Notes: generated by a model not told the origin, from the sequence alone. DNA of 64,000 bases from Promethearchaeota archaeon (GCA_048938385.1 JBHLMG010000002.1:96001-160000); one strand, 5' to 3'. Positions 1 through 10,003 are shown, counted from the stretch's first letter. Made by a program: numbers and translations.

Positions 1-171
1 TGCAACTTTATCTTCCAACTCAATGATCTTGTACGCAAAATCCACACCGATTGACGCCTTGTATTCTCGTTCAAATCGGTTCTCTACGAATTTCAGGATG
101 AGACTGGTTTTTCCCACAGCAGGGTTACCAACTAAAAGAACTTTGAACTCATAGTAAGGCTGTTTTGCCAT
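1..171 (-). CDS. Rab-like small GTPase, N-terminal 57 aa (runs off window start)
   Basis: Not in the ORF track. Manual translation gives MAKQPYYEFKVLLVGNPAVGKTSLILKFVENRFEREYKASIGVDFAYKIIELEDKVA, with a G1 P-loop (GxxxVGKT) and a Rab-type IGVDF switch I. Confidence 0.9.
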   Translation of the reverse strand, partial: MAKQPYYEFKVLLVGNPAVGKTSLILKFVENRFEREYKASIGVDFAYKIIELEDKVA

Positions 172-282
172 TGTTCCACACCCAAAGCTACTTTATCCTT
201 TATCTTTCCTAATAAATTAGTAGTAACCAATGAGTCTTTTTCTAAAGAACTTTCGAAGAACTATACTCAAACATTAGGCTTT

Positions 283-1266
283 TCAAAGACTGGCTTCCTT
301 TTCACCTTGCTTCCAGCTTTTTGTCCGGAAAAAGTCATAAAAATTTGCCTCAACCACACTCAATTCCAGTGGAGCAATTCGTTGTTCATTTAATGCCTGA
401 AGGAGTTCTGGAATTTGAGTATTAGGGTTTTCTACAAAGATTTTCAGGCTTCCGCGACCAGATCGGATCGTGTTTTTCACAAAGGTAACTTCCTCTACTT
501 GGCGAATTGTGTCCGTGGTAAGCCGGTTAAAGGTAATCTCGATTGCCTCTCCTTTACCGGTGAGGGATTGCACGAGTTCGTCCGGATGTCCTTGGAGAGA
601 AATCCGTCCTTTCTCCAGTAAAACGACTCGGCTGCAATATTCCACGACTTCCAGATCGTGAGAAATTAAGACCATGGAAGTTCCATAATGGTAATTCAAT
701 TGTTTCAGGTAATTGAGGAGTTCATGGCGAAGATGGGCATCAAGTCCCGTTGTAGGTTCATCGAGTAGCAAGATGGGGGGCTGATGGATTAAACCTACAC
801 AAATAGAAACGCGTTTGCGTTCGCCCCCACTGAGGAGCCTTGCAGGTTTATCCATTAAGGACTCACTAAATCCTAAAATACCTAAAAGCTCAATCGCCCG
901 GCGTCGAATTTCTTTTGCGGGTATACCATACATGCGACCAAAGAAATGCGCGTTTTCTAGAGCAGAAAACGGATAATACAAGCTTTGGTCTTCATGCTGA
1001 GGAACATACCCCGTTGCGTAGTGGATTGCGTGCGCTTCCTTTTTCACATCAAATCCGGCGATTTGTACATTTCCTCGATAGGGCTTGAGTTGGGCGGTCA
1101 TCACCCGTAAACAGGTTGTTTTTCCAGAACCAGATGCTCCTATAATTCCAAGGATTTCTCGTTCTCGTGTGTAAAAACTAATGTCGTGAAGAATCTTGAC
1201 TCGTCCTATCTTAGCAGAGGCGTGGTTGAATTCAATTATTTTAGGCGATTTAGCTTCTGCAGTCAG
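283..1266 (-). CDS. ABC-2 (DrrA-like) exporter ATP-binding protein; probable CTG start at 1266
   Basis: LSGGE signature and LLLDEPT Walker B lie in the track ORF (283..1104). Walker A GASGSGKT lies upstream in the same open frame, which begins right after the TGA at 1270-1272. Confidence 0.88.
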   Translation of the reverse strand: MTAEAKSPKIIEFNHASAKIGRVKILHDISFYTREREILGIIGASGSGKTTCLRVMTAQLKPYRGNVQIAGFDVKKEAHAIHYATGYVPQHEDQSLYYPFSALENAHFFGRMYGIPAKEIRRRAIELLGILGFSESLMDKPARLLSGGERKRVSICVGLIHQPPILLLDEPTTGLDAHLRHELLNYLKQLNYHYGTSMVLISHDLEVVEYCSRVVLLEKGRISLQGHPDELVQSLTGKGEAIEITFNRLTTDTIRQVEEVTFVKNTIRSGRGSLKIFVENPNTQIPELLQALNEQRIAPLELSVVEANFYDFFRTKSWKQGEKEASL

Positions 1267-1269
1267 CTT

Positions 1270-4200
1270 TCACACCCCTGTTTCTTTGGCAAGTTCACGG
1301 AGCCGTTTGAGCATTTCTTCTAGTCTTTCAGCAGGATCGCCTGATGTGATGCGGAGTTTTTCGAGGCGGTCAATCCGTCGGTCAGTAAGTACCCATTCTA
1401 TCTCACGGATAATTGCCTGAGTTGTATTCATGGTATTTTCAATGTCTTGAAGTAACTGTTCATCTAATGATGAGGTACGCATCCGTCGCTGCCGACGGTA
1501 TTGGTTGAGAAAATATCCTGCAATGATGAGCGTTAAGGCAATGGAGAAAAGGGCGATTTGGAGCATCATGATTGCAAAGAAGTTGGGTGTCGGGGGTGGG
1601 AGTGGTCTATCGGGTGCTGGGTCGTAGTAGAAGATCATGTAGGCTGTGCTGCTCGCGTAAATTCCTGGTAGCGTGAATACTGTAATAGTAAAGGTTTGGG
1701 TGGTGTTCACTTGAGTATCCAGTCCAGTCCAATTAGCAAATAGAAATGTACCATAGCGTCCTTCTTTGACTTCAAAGGCAATGAAAAAGAAGCGTGAACC
1801 GTTCGGAAAGGTGTAGATAATGAACATTTCAAGGTCTTCGACACCTTGTCCAGTTTGATTATAAGCATCGATTACGAAACCTGCATCTCTTCCAATGGTA
1901 AACCTAGAACCGTTTCCGCCAGTAGGGCGGATACTTATGCTCACGGTGTTACGGAACAGATGTCTGATCGTTTGGTTAGCAAATCGGAGGTTGTCAAGGG
2001 TATATATGTGGTCATTACCAAATATCCTAGAACATCCAAGGACAAAGAGTTCTTTACCCACATCTGTGTTATAAACGCCAACCGGAGTGCCATTAGCCCA
2101 GGCAAAGGGTTGAGCCGGTCCGATCTGTGGAATCGTTGTCCCCCCCGTAATCGAAATTACATTAACATTGACGGTGAATGGCATCGTGGGGTGCAATTCG
2201 GTGGTATTTTCACCAGAAATTCCCCCTCCTAATTGGATGCTATGATTGAAGAGTAACTGGTTCAATGTAGTGTGATTAGATGATGTGGAGTCATCTGCTA
2301 AGACAAGAACTTTGAATCCCGAATTAATGAACTCGGAGATGGCATTGGTTTCATTTTGCGTAAAGGCTTTCTCGGGATCACAAAGGATTAACCCGTCAAA
2401 GAGGGAGAGAATAGTGGAATTGATTTCTGTAACTAGGGGAATTTCTGCAAGGTTAAGTTGAATATCAGCAAAGAGCTGTCGCAACCGGGAATAACCGGTA
2501 AGGAGGCTGTCACCTATTTCTTCAAAGAGTACAAGTATTTCATCGAGGCTTAACTCTGAAAAATCGAGGTTATCAAGGCGGGTGAAATCTAATCCTTGGT
2601 TATGAACTGTGTCGAAGAGAACCACCGCCTTTGGATAGGTGATGTTGATAATAAAGGGTAAGGTGAGATGCCAGCCATCCGATGCACTGAGTACGAGATT
2701 TCCGTAATAGGGTCCTGCTTCAATGAAGGTGGGAATAAGGGTCAGGATTTGAAACTGTGTGCTCCCACTGATGTCATATATGTGCTGGGGGGTAAGAGTT
2801 GGTGGATTCTCCCACCGCGTCACATTTCGATCAAAGGCATAGTCCAAGGATGAATTGTAATACTCGGTGATTTCAACAAAGAGATGAGGAATAGGTGTAG
2901 ACGAAATTAAAGAGAAGTTGTAGATGGCATAGTCGTTGGGGAATTGGAGAGTCATAGGACTGAAGGGGAGAATGGAAGGAATCAGCATACGCATTCTAGG
3001 ATGGGTGCAAATGAAGGCGTCACGAAATACAAGGTTATCTAAGGGGTATAGGTCACTTGGAATGATGGGAATGAAGAGGTCAAAATCTATCATAGGAGAG
3101 ACGATCCATCCGACGAAGTAGATGTCAGTCACTTCGGGGTCCCATTCAACTTCGAGTGGTTGAAACTGGAAGGGTTCAAAGATCCCTATTTGGAAATACC
3201 TCGCAAATACTGCCCCGCCCTGAGGTTGTGATCGATTAGTAAAGAATGCAGCAATTGAATCCACTCCTACATCCCCAATATTCAACGCGATGATGCTGGT
3301 TGAATAAGCGCTGGTCGTAGTGCCTGTGCGCGGTAAATCCACACGAATCATACAGAGATCTGTCAACGGGACTACTACGGATTCATGGTTGGTGCCATTG
3401 ATTCCGTATGTGAGTGCAGTCATGTTTCTACCAAATCCTAGGGTCATCGATACATTCAACGCCTTCGCACCAGTGGATATGTTTCCAATCTGCCATTGAG
3501 TACCTAGTCCTATCCCTTCATCGCTCGAATAGGTCGTTGCGCCAGTCAAGGTTTCGTTTTGGACTCGTGCAGTTACTTCCTCATAAGGACCAACCTGAAA
3601 ATTGGAAAAGGGAGTGGTGCCATTCACTCCAACGAATTGGTCAACCCGTGAGGTCTCGTTAGGGGGTAAGGCATCACGGTGAATGTGGAAAAGCTGAGCT
3701 GTATCGTTGAAGAAAGCTTGTTGGACAGAAGTGTCATTCGCCCCAGAAAAGAGGTCGAAATTCCAGAGGCTGTATAAGCAAATATCCTTCACCTCTTCTG
3801 CTCCAATATTTACGAAGAAAAAGGAGAAGCGAAAAGCGTTCGCAGATGGACCATTATTTAACCGCCAACACTCGACTCGTGGGATTATCAACAAGTCATT
3901 GTATGATAGTATCCCGGTGGCACGAACATAATCTCCAAAGGGGAGCCCGGTCCAGTGAAACTCTTGTTCGATATCCAGAAAGGCCAACCCTGTGGGGCTA
4001 TTGTTTCCTACCGCAAGGGAAAACATTCCCATTAACATATGAAACATCGTGAGATTCGTTACCTGACTCGTCACTATACCTGCAATTGCAGTAGCGTACC
4101 CACTGAGCAATAGAGTTACATTTTCTTGAGTTCCCTCACTCATTACCAAACCATAATATGGTAATCCAGGACTTACGCTTCGTGCCCGAAAACCTGTGGG

Positions 4201-5682
4201 AAATGGATTGTGAATTGTGGCTAGCTCGGAATACGCTTGAAAGGCATTTAATAAGCCAGCTCCCTCTTCATTTGGTTCATTCGAATAGGGGGTAGCCCCT
4301 CGTCTGATTCCAATCGATAAATGTTCAGGGGTGGCAAACCGGTTCCCCTGCAGTAGAAGACAAGCGGCTCCTGCGGTAATCGCTGCAGAAGCAGCTGTTG
4401 TACTAGCTTGTGTATAATTCTCATTCACTGGAGTTCCAAATATTCCTCCACTCAAGATACCAACATCAAAGTCATCAAGAGAAAATGGTATGGAGAGGTT
4501 CCCGATTTCAGTGGGGATGATATCATGCAACGAGGAGGCAATAACACCAATCCCCGGTGCTACGATATCGGGTTTAGTGCGCATATCGAGGGTAGGTCCA
4601 CGGCTACTAAATTCAGCAACCTTTGCCTGTGTGACATCAAAGGCTCCTACTGTCATTGCTGCAATCGATTCTCCTGGAGATAAGATGGTCATATGGTTTG
4701 GCCCCGAATCCCCTGCTGCCGTAATTACTAATACACCGCGGGCTGTTGCGGCTTGTACGGCTTTTGAAAGAGGATCTCCTGGTAAACCTAAGGTGGAAAA
4801 GGGGATGAGAATGATATCTGCGCCATTTGTAACGCTCCATTCAATACCACGAATAATCCAAGATGAGTATCCTTGACCCTCGCTGAGTAACACCTTTACA
4901 CTGATGAGTTGGGCGGCTGGGGCTATTCCAGTATAGTTGCCATTAGAAGCAGCCCCAGTTCCTGCGACCAACCCTGCACAATATGTTCCATGACCATTCA
5001 AATCGAAAGGAAAGGGATCACCTTCTGCAAACGAAACCTGAGCTAAAACCTTGGGGTCAGTTGTACTTTCGTTATCATCCATATCATCCAAATCTGGATG
5101 CGTAGCATCAATTCCAGTAGATAGAATTGCGACAACTGTGTGAGCTCCATTAAAACCTTGGTTGTATAGCGGATTGACGCCGATACTTTCACGGGGATGT
5201 AGGTAACCAGTAGGTGGTATGACTTGTCCATCCCTGAAAAGGGAGGGAGAGCTCACATCGAGTTGGAATTGAGCATCCGACCATAACTTTTGAATCTCTG
5301 ACAATGCCGCAAGCTCAGTTAACGAGCCTACTGTGGTTTCTAGCGATAATGCATGGATAATTGCATGATAGGTTTTTATCCGGGTGAGTACTCCCAGTTG
5401 GAGAATTGCACGCTGAGTTGCCTGTATTTCTGCATCAGGGAATAATTGGGCAATGACATTAACTGATTGGTTAGAATCAGAAGTCGTTGAAATCAAACGC
5501 AGTAAGGGTTCAGAGATTTTTGCCTCAACAGGCTCGGGTGTTGAACCTAAGAAGGAAATGACAGTTGCGGATTGACAAGCTTGCAGCATAGGGGTAGAGA
5601 GCAAGACAAAACCGAATAACACTCCCTGTAAAATGGCATGAATGTCAGGTTTTCGCCAGTTAGGTTGTAGCACCTTACTCAC
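1270..5682 (-). CDS. Membrane-anchored S8 subtilase-like protein with Site-1 protease (MBTPS1)-like architecture; catalytic residues degenerate
   Basis: N-terminal hydrophobic signal, prodomain, S8 motifs (HGTYCAG, FSSRGP, KPDIVAPG), LFDTVHN...DPEKAF...VLAD domain, C-terminal TM and basic tail. Confidence 0.85.
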   Translation of the reverse strand: MSKVLQPNWRKPDIHAILQGVLFGFVLLSTPMLQACQSATVISFLGSTPEPVEAKISEPLLRLISTTSDSNQSVNVIAQLFPDAEIQATQRAILQLGVLTRIKTYHAIIHALSLETTVGSLTELAALSEIQKLWSDAQFQLDVSSPSLFRDGQVIPPTGYLHPRESIGVNPLYNQGFNGAHTVVAILSTGIDATHPDLDDMDDNESTTDPKVLAQVSFAEGDPFPFDLNGHGTYCAGLVAGTGAASNGNYTGIAPAAQLISVKVLLSEGQGYSSWIIRGIEWSVTNGADIILIPFSTLGLPGDPLSKAVQAATARGVLVITAAGDSGPNHMTILSPGESIAAMTVGAFDVTQAKVAEFSSRGPTLDMRTKPDIVAPGIGVIASSLHDIIPTEIGNLSIPFSLDDFDVGILSGGIFGTPVNENYTQASTTAASAAITAGAACLLLQGNRFATPEHLSIGIRRGATPYSNEPNEEGAGLLNAFQAYSELATIHNPFPTGFRARSVSPGLPYYGLVMSEGTQENVTLLLSGYATAIAGIVTSQVTNLTMFHMLMGMFSLAVGNNSPTGLAFLDIEQEFHWTGLPFGDYVRATGILSYNDLLIIPRVECWRLNNGPSANAFRFSFFFVNIGAEEVKDICLYSLWNFDLFSGANDTSVQQAFFNDTAQLFHIHRDALPPNETSRVDQFVGVNGTTPFSNFQVGPYEEVTARVQNETLTGATTYSSDEGIGLGTQWQIGNISTGAKALNVSMTLGFGRNMTALTYGINGTNHESVVVPLTDLCMIRVDLPRTGTTTSAYSTSIIALNIGDVGVDSIAAFFTNRSQPQGGAVFARYFQIGIFEPFQFQPLEVEWDPEVTDIYFVGWIVSPMIDFDLFIPIIPSDLYPLDNLVFRDAFICTHPRMRMLIPSILPFSPMTLQFPNDYAIYNFSLISSTPIPHLFVEITEYYNSSLDYAFDRNVTRWENPPTLTPQHIYDISGSTQFQILTLIPTFIEAGPYYGNLVLSASDGWHLTLPFIINITYPKAVVLFDTVHNQGLDFTRLDNLDFSELSLDEILVLFEEIGDSLLTGYSRLRQLFADIQLNLAEIPLVTEINSTILSLFDGLILCDPEKAFTQNETNAISEFINSGFKVLVLADDSTSSNHTTLNQLLFNHSIQLGGGISGENTTELHPTMPFTVNVNVISITGGTTIPQIGPAQPFAWANGTPVGVYNTDVGKELFVLGCSRIFGNDHIYTLDNLRFANQTIRHLFRNTVSISIRPTGGNGSRFTIGRDAGFVIDAYNQTGQGVEDLEMFIIYTFPNGSRFFFIAFEVKEGRYGTFLFANWTGLDTQVNTTQTFTITVFTLPGIYASSTAYMIFYYDPAPDRPLPPPTPNFFAIMMLQIALFSIALTLIIAGYFLNQYRRQRRMRTSSLDEQLLQDIENTMNTTQAIIREIEWVLTDRRIDRLEKLRITSGDPAERLEEMLKRLRELAKETGV

Positions 5683-7337
5683 ACTTCCAATTGGCGTCCT
5701 GTGATGAGAATGAAGTAATCTGTCATGTCGACGCCCATTTTTGGTTTGACGCTTTTGATCTCAATTCCCTTTTGTTGTAGCGTGCGTGTAACCCGTTCTG
5801 CCATTTCTGCTAAAGGAACTTCTGTGAACACTTTGATGAGTTCACCCCGTTCAAGGACATGAATGATACCAGGTACATCTCGAAGGTCCGTAGCAATTCC
5901 CGGGTGTGGTGCTTTGAGGATGATTCCAACAGCATATCCTTTACCAGGCAGGGAAGCTTTGAGTTCATTCGGTGAGCCGTAAGCTATGAGACTGCGTTCC
6001 CTTAGGAACACTCCCACTTTATCGCAGTATTCACCCTCTCCCGGATAGTGAGTGACAACAATCATGCTTGTCCCGTATTCACGGTTTAAGTAATCAAGAT
6101 AATCCCAAAGCTCACTCCGTGCATCAGGATCAAGCCCAGAGGTAGGTTCGTCAAGAATTAAAAGCTGGGGTCGATGGACCATGGAAATAGAAATAGAAGC
6201 TCGGCGTTTTTCACCACCTGAAAGGGTTCTCACGGTTTGGTTGCCCTTTTCGAAAATTCCTAAATCACGCAGTAACACCTTACCTCGACGAACCAGCTCT
6301 ACTTCTGGGATTCCGTATTGTTTCCCAAACTCAATGATGTTCTCTAAGGGAGTGAAATTTTGGTACATATACCCCAAATCCTGTGGTACAAAACCGAAGA
6401 GGGGTTTCACCTGAGTCCGGTTCGTTGATCTGATTCCGCCAATCATTGCTCGTCCGCTAGTTGGAATGATATCCCCAATGAGGGCTCGAATCGTTGTTGA
6501 TTTCCCAGAGCCTGATTCTCCGATGATGCCCATAATTTGACCAGACGGAAGTTTGAAGGAAACATCTCGTATAATGTCAAAGCTATCATCAACAGTAACA
6601 GTGAGGTTCTCAGCAATAATGACGTTTTCCACGCGTCCGCGAGTTCTCGCATAGGCAGGGGTAAAGAGCATTTTTTGAGCATTCACATCAGGTACAATGC
6701 TGATTAACTCACGCATAATTTCTGGGGCTGTTTCACGACCTCCAATAGTAACTACCTCTCCACCTTTTTGCGTCTCTGTACCAGAAACCAGCACCCGTAA
6801 TTCTAAGAGACCGACTCGTAATCGCTCCATCCGAGCGTTAGTGACGGTTCCATGGATGTCTACTTCTTGTCCTTCTTTATTATGACCCCAAATATGAGCG
6901 TCAACTTCCGTGTAAGCTAATAGCTCTTCGACACGTTTCACTGCATGATCGATATCATCGCCGTCATAGTAGAAATCATCATGCAAGTTCCGGCGTAACC
7001 AGTTCATGAGTACAAGCTGCTTTGCAGTTAAATCCTCACGCTCTGTCTTATCTGAGCCCACGGTAAGTACTTTTCCTTGAAAATGAGCAGGACCTTGTTG
7101 AACAGAACTAACTAACAGGGCGATACGACTGCGGCGTCCTCGGCGACGGATGTCAAGGACGCGTCCTTCGATGGTAAGCTCTTCTTGTTGAGGTGATCGA
7201 AGTTTCCCTGTGATTTGTGCATGAATTTCTCGGTCACCGCGTTGCTCAATCCAATCGAGGGCGTCATCGAAGCGTGAGCCAGCAAAGTAGTTCTTTTCTA
7301 CGAAGACCGGAATATCCTGTCTGACTTCCATACACAT
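5679..7337 (-). CDS. ABC-2 ATP-binding protein with a duplicated N-terminal extra domain
   Basis: GESGSGKS, LSGGE, LILDEPTSGLD; about 230-aa N-terminal extension. Confidence 0.9.
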   Translation of the reverse strand: MCMEVRQDIPVFVEKNYFAGSRFDDALDWIEQRGDREIHAQITGKLRSPQQEELTIEGRVLDIRRRGRRSRIALLVSSVQQGPAHFQGKVLTVGSDKTEREDLTAKQLVLMNWLRRNLHDDFYYDGDDIDHAVKRVEELLAYTEVDAHIWGHNKEGQEVDIHGTVTNARMERLRVGLLELRVLVSGTETQKGGEVVTIGGRETAPEIMRELISIVPDVNAQKMLFTPAYARTRGRVENVIIAENLTVTVDDSFDIIRDVSFKLPSGQIMGIIGESGSGKSTTIRALIGDIIPTSGRAMIGGIRSTNRTQVKPLFGFVPQDLGYMYQNFTPLENIIEFGKQYGIPEVELVRRGKVLLRDLGIFEKGNQTVRTLSGGEKRRASISISMVHRPQLLILDEPTSGLDPDARSELWDYLDYLNREYGTSMIVVTHYPGEGEYCDKVGVFLRERSLIAYGSPNELKASLPGKGYAVGIILKAPHPGIATDLRDVPGIIHVLERGELIKVFTEVPLAEMAERVTRTLQQKGIEIKSVKPKMGVDMTDYFILITGRQLEV

Positions 7338-7352
7338 TACCTCCGTTCGAAT

Positions 7353-8474
7353 CTAGGCGAGCGTTCGCTTCCTCCACAGCACCAAGATGGATACAATGGT
7401 TCCAGTAATGATGTAGATTAGTATTCGACTCATTTCAGCAGTAATAGCGATCAGAGGTAATCCCTTAAACGCGGTTTCTCGAATTAGGGTCATCCCTAAA
7501 TTCATGGGTAAGAATTCGCTGATAATTCCTACATCGATGAACATGCCACTCAGAATCATCATCCCTAAAAGTAGGAAGAGAAAACCTTGGTTTGCCTGCA
7601 AGCGGGAAGTCGCCAAAGAAGATATCACTACTCCTGAGACCGATCCGCTTAATGACGTAAGGGTGACAATGGTCATGAGTGTTACTAAATCTGTAAACAA
7701 CTGTAGCTGAAACAGCCCTACCCAAAGAATGAGAAGTAATAGTCCTTGGATCATTCCGATAATCGTGTAAGCAAATATCTTGCTAAAGATCACCTCGATT
7801 TTACTCGTAGGTGTTAAAAGCATTCGGCGTAGCGGAATATCTCCCACAATAGATTGAGAGGAAATGAGAGCAATTGCCATGAAGATGCAAAAGACGACAA
7901 GGAAGGCACCTACTTGAATGGCTAACCGGTCACCTTCGGGTACAAATTCAATCACTGGAATTGGTAGAATTTCACTACGAATCCATCCTAACCGTTGTCG
8001 AAAAAGCAACGATGCCTCAGTCACCGCGATAATTGCGGCTCCTTGCCCTTGTAACTCTGTGTTACTTGTATGTACATCAACTGTTGTTGGTAGATCTAAT
8101 GCCAACGCGTGTTCAAATCCTTCAGGTATCACCAGATATGCGTCAAGGCGTCCCTGATATAACGCAAGATATGCAGCCGACTCGTTCTCATACAGTATTA
8201 CAGTCACACCATCCAACTCTGCTAGGGTATCAGTGAAATTCTCTGCAAGGTTCAAACCTGGATATGTATCAGTCGTATCCAGGTTGATGACGCCAACAAA
8301 TAATGGCACCGTCTCTGTTTGAACATCATTCTGTTGAATCGCTATTGCGAGAGTCCCTATCGTTATCACGGGCAACATAAAGACTAAGATCATTGCCGTT
8401 CGATCTTTGATGATTGTCTGTATCTCTTTTCCGATAAGGGCTAGAGTACGCTTAAGTGGCTGAAGGAATTTCAT
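7353..8474 (-). CDS. ABC-2 type permease
   Basis: KEIQTIIKDR...FMLP N-terminus, extracytoplasmic domain with LVIPEGF, RMLLTP motif, C-terminal TM helices. Confidence 0.9.
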   Translation of the reverse strand: MKFLQPLKRTLALIGKEIQTIIKDRTAMILVFMLPVITIGTLAIAIQQNDVQTETVPLFVGVINLDTTDTYPGLNLAENFTDTLAELDGVTVILYENESAAYLALYQGRLDAYLVIPEGFEHALALDLPTTVDVHTSNTELQGQGAAIIAVTEASLLFRQRLGWIRSEILPIPVIEFVPEGDRLAIQVGAFLVVFCIFMAIALISSQSIVGDIPLRRMLLTPTSKIEVIFSKIFAYTIIGMIQGLLLLILWVGLFQLQLFTDLVTLMTIVTLTSLSGSVSGVVISSLATSRLQANQGFLFLLLGMMILSGMFIDVGIISEFLPMNLGMTLIRETAFKGLPLIAITAEMSRILIYIITGTIVSILVLWRKRTLA

Positions 8475-8624
8475 CGCGCGTCAATCCCCCTCTGACTACT
8501 CTAATTATCCCAAAAGGCTTTTTGGTAAATCAGAGTTTCGCCCAAACCTTTTTGTGTAAGCCGTCAAAGGGAAGACGGAACTAATCGTTTAACGGGATCC
8601 GATCAAGTTAGTAGGTATTAAAGA

Positions 8625-9542
8625 ATGAGCGAAGAACCGCCCCCAGAGAAACCGGATGATGTCCTTAGTTGGGCAAAGCACTGGCAACCCAAATGGAAAA
8701 CCCACATAACCTTTCCTGAAAATCCTGTTTTCGTGGGGCTCTTTGATTTCGTAAACCAAACAAATGATTTGGATCCAACTATACATACTAGGGGGCATCA
8801 ACTCCTTTTACGCTTCGAACACGCCTATGACCCTGAAGGCTTTCATTACACATTTCCACTTCCTGACCTCGATGCTAAAGTCGATGTGGTTCCCTACAAG
8901 CCCGATTACTCTATGTTAAAGAAACGCTATTTCATGAATCGCTCCAAGGAGTTCGACCGTCTCGCACAAAGCTTGATCCATCAATTACCAATGGACCAAC
9001 AAGGAGGCCAAGTCCGAACCCTAGAGGAAGTTATGCTTCTCCAAAATTTCAACATAGAAGTTATCAAAATCACACAAGAAACTCTCTTTGGAAACCCAGA
9101 TCCTGCCAAATATCGATACCTCAACAACCCTGTTTCTTTCCTCAACCTACAGAATGGTTGGATCGTCGTTCCTGATGACAGCGTTAAATTGAAACTCAAC
9201 CTGGGAGTTGAATACGAACATGTGTTCCGCCTCTCCTATCGGTTTGACTCAAAGGAAGGTCCAGCTGTCGAAAACTACCAAAAATATGAATCTGCCCTTC
9301 AACGGCTCTCCCGCCAAACCATCCGCCGAGTCTTTTCAAATCTAGGCACCTACACGAGCATTATCCACAACCCGTTTTTCAGTGATATCAGCCAGCGGTT
9401 TCCTGTTCGATATGTTGCATTGAATAACGGTATGCTGGTTGCATCACTCGGACAAGGCTCAACCTGGGAAAACGGCACCTTTGAATTTTACAAACCTACA
9501 GAACGCCGAGAACGGCTCTTCGGTCTCTTAGAAACAGAATAA
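8625..9542 (+). CDS. hypothetical protein
   Basis: 305-aa ORF with ATG start; no recognisable motif. Confidence 0.75.
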   Translation: MSEEPPPEKPDDVLSWAKHWQPKWKTHITFPENPVFVGLFDFVNQTNDLDPTIHTRGHQLLLRFEHAYDPEGFHYTFPLPDLDAKVDVVPYKPDYSMLKKRYFMNRSKEFDRLAQSLIHQLPMDQQGGQVRTLEEVMLLQNFNIEVIKITQETLFGNPDPAKYRYLNNPVSFLNLQNGWIVVPDDSVKLKLNLGVEYEHVFRLSYRFDSKEGPAVENYQKYESALQRLSRQTIRRVFSNLGTYTSIIHNPFFSDISQRFPVRYVALNNGMLVASLGQGSTWENGTFEFYKPTERRERLFGLLETE

Positions 9543-9662
9543 GAAATTTTGTTTGTTAGTCTAAGTTACAAACCTCTTTTGTTTGAATCTCACTAACATA
9601 GTTGAATTGTAATACGGGTAGAATTAATTGAAGAAGTAAAAAGTTATGCACCCAGGACATGG

Positions 9663-10003
9663 GTGAAGAAAGGAGAGTTTGTAAAACCAGTCAAGGTGCT
9701 TCTCGAAGAGCTATTTATTGACAGCAGGTCGGGAAGCATCCTGAAAATCGCAAAGGACTACATGTGGAATCTCCGCTATTTTACGGAGTACCATTCCACA
9801 AATCTTGAAGCGATAATGGATGAGTTGGAGCGCAAACGATATCTAACACCACTTGAACAATACCAAAGCATCCAATAACAATTAAAAAATTCCAAAAATA
9901 CATGATGGAAGAACAGGGGCTCAGCAACAATACGACCATAGTAGCCATCAGCCACATCAAGAAGTTTCTCAAAGTAAATGGTTTTGATGTCCCGTTCAAA
10001 TAA
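9663..10003 (+). pseudogene. Relic of a tyrosine recombinase/integrase N-terminal (SAM-like) domain, frameshifted and truncated
   Basis: KDYMWNLRYFTEYHSTNLEAIMDEL in one frame continues after a frameshift near 9870 as TIKKFQKYMMEEQGLSNNTTIVAISHIKKFLKVNGFDVPFK*, resembling archaeal integrase core-binding domains; no catalytic domain follows. Confidence 0.5.

Noticed and set aside
1270-1272. Selenocysteine readthrough of the in-frame TGA joining the S8-like and ATPase genes
   Set aside because: The context is not a Cys-equivalent redox motif and I found no SECIS-like element; an SD-positioned CTG explains the frame more simply
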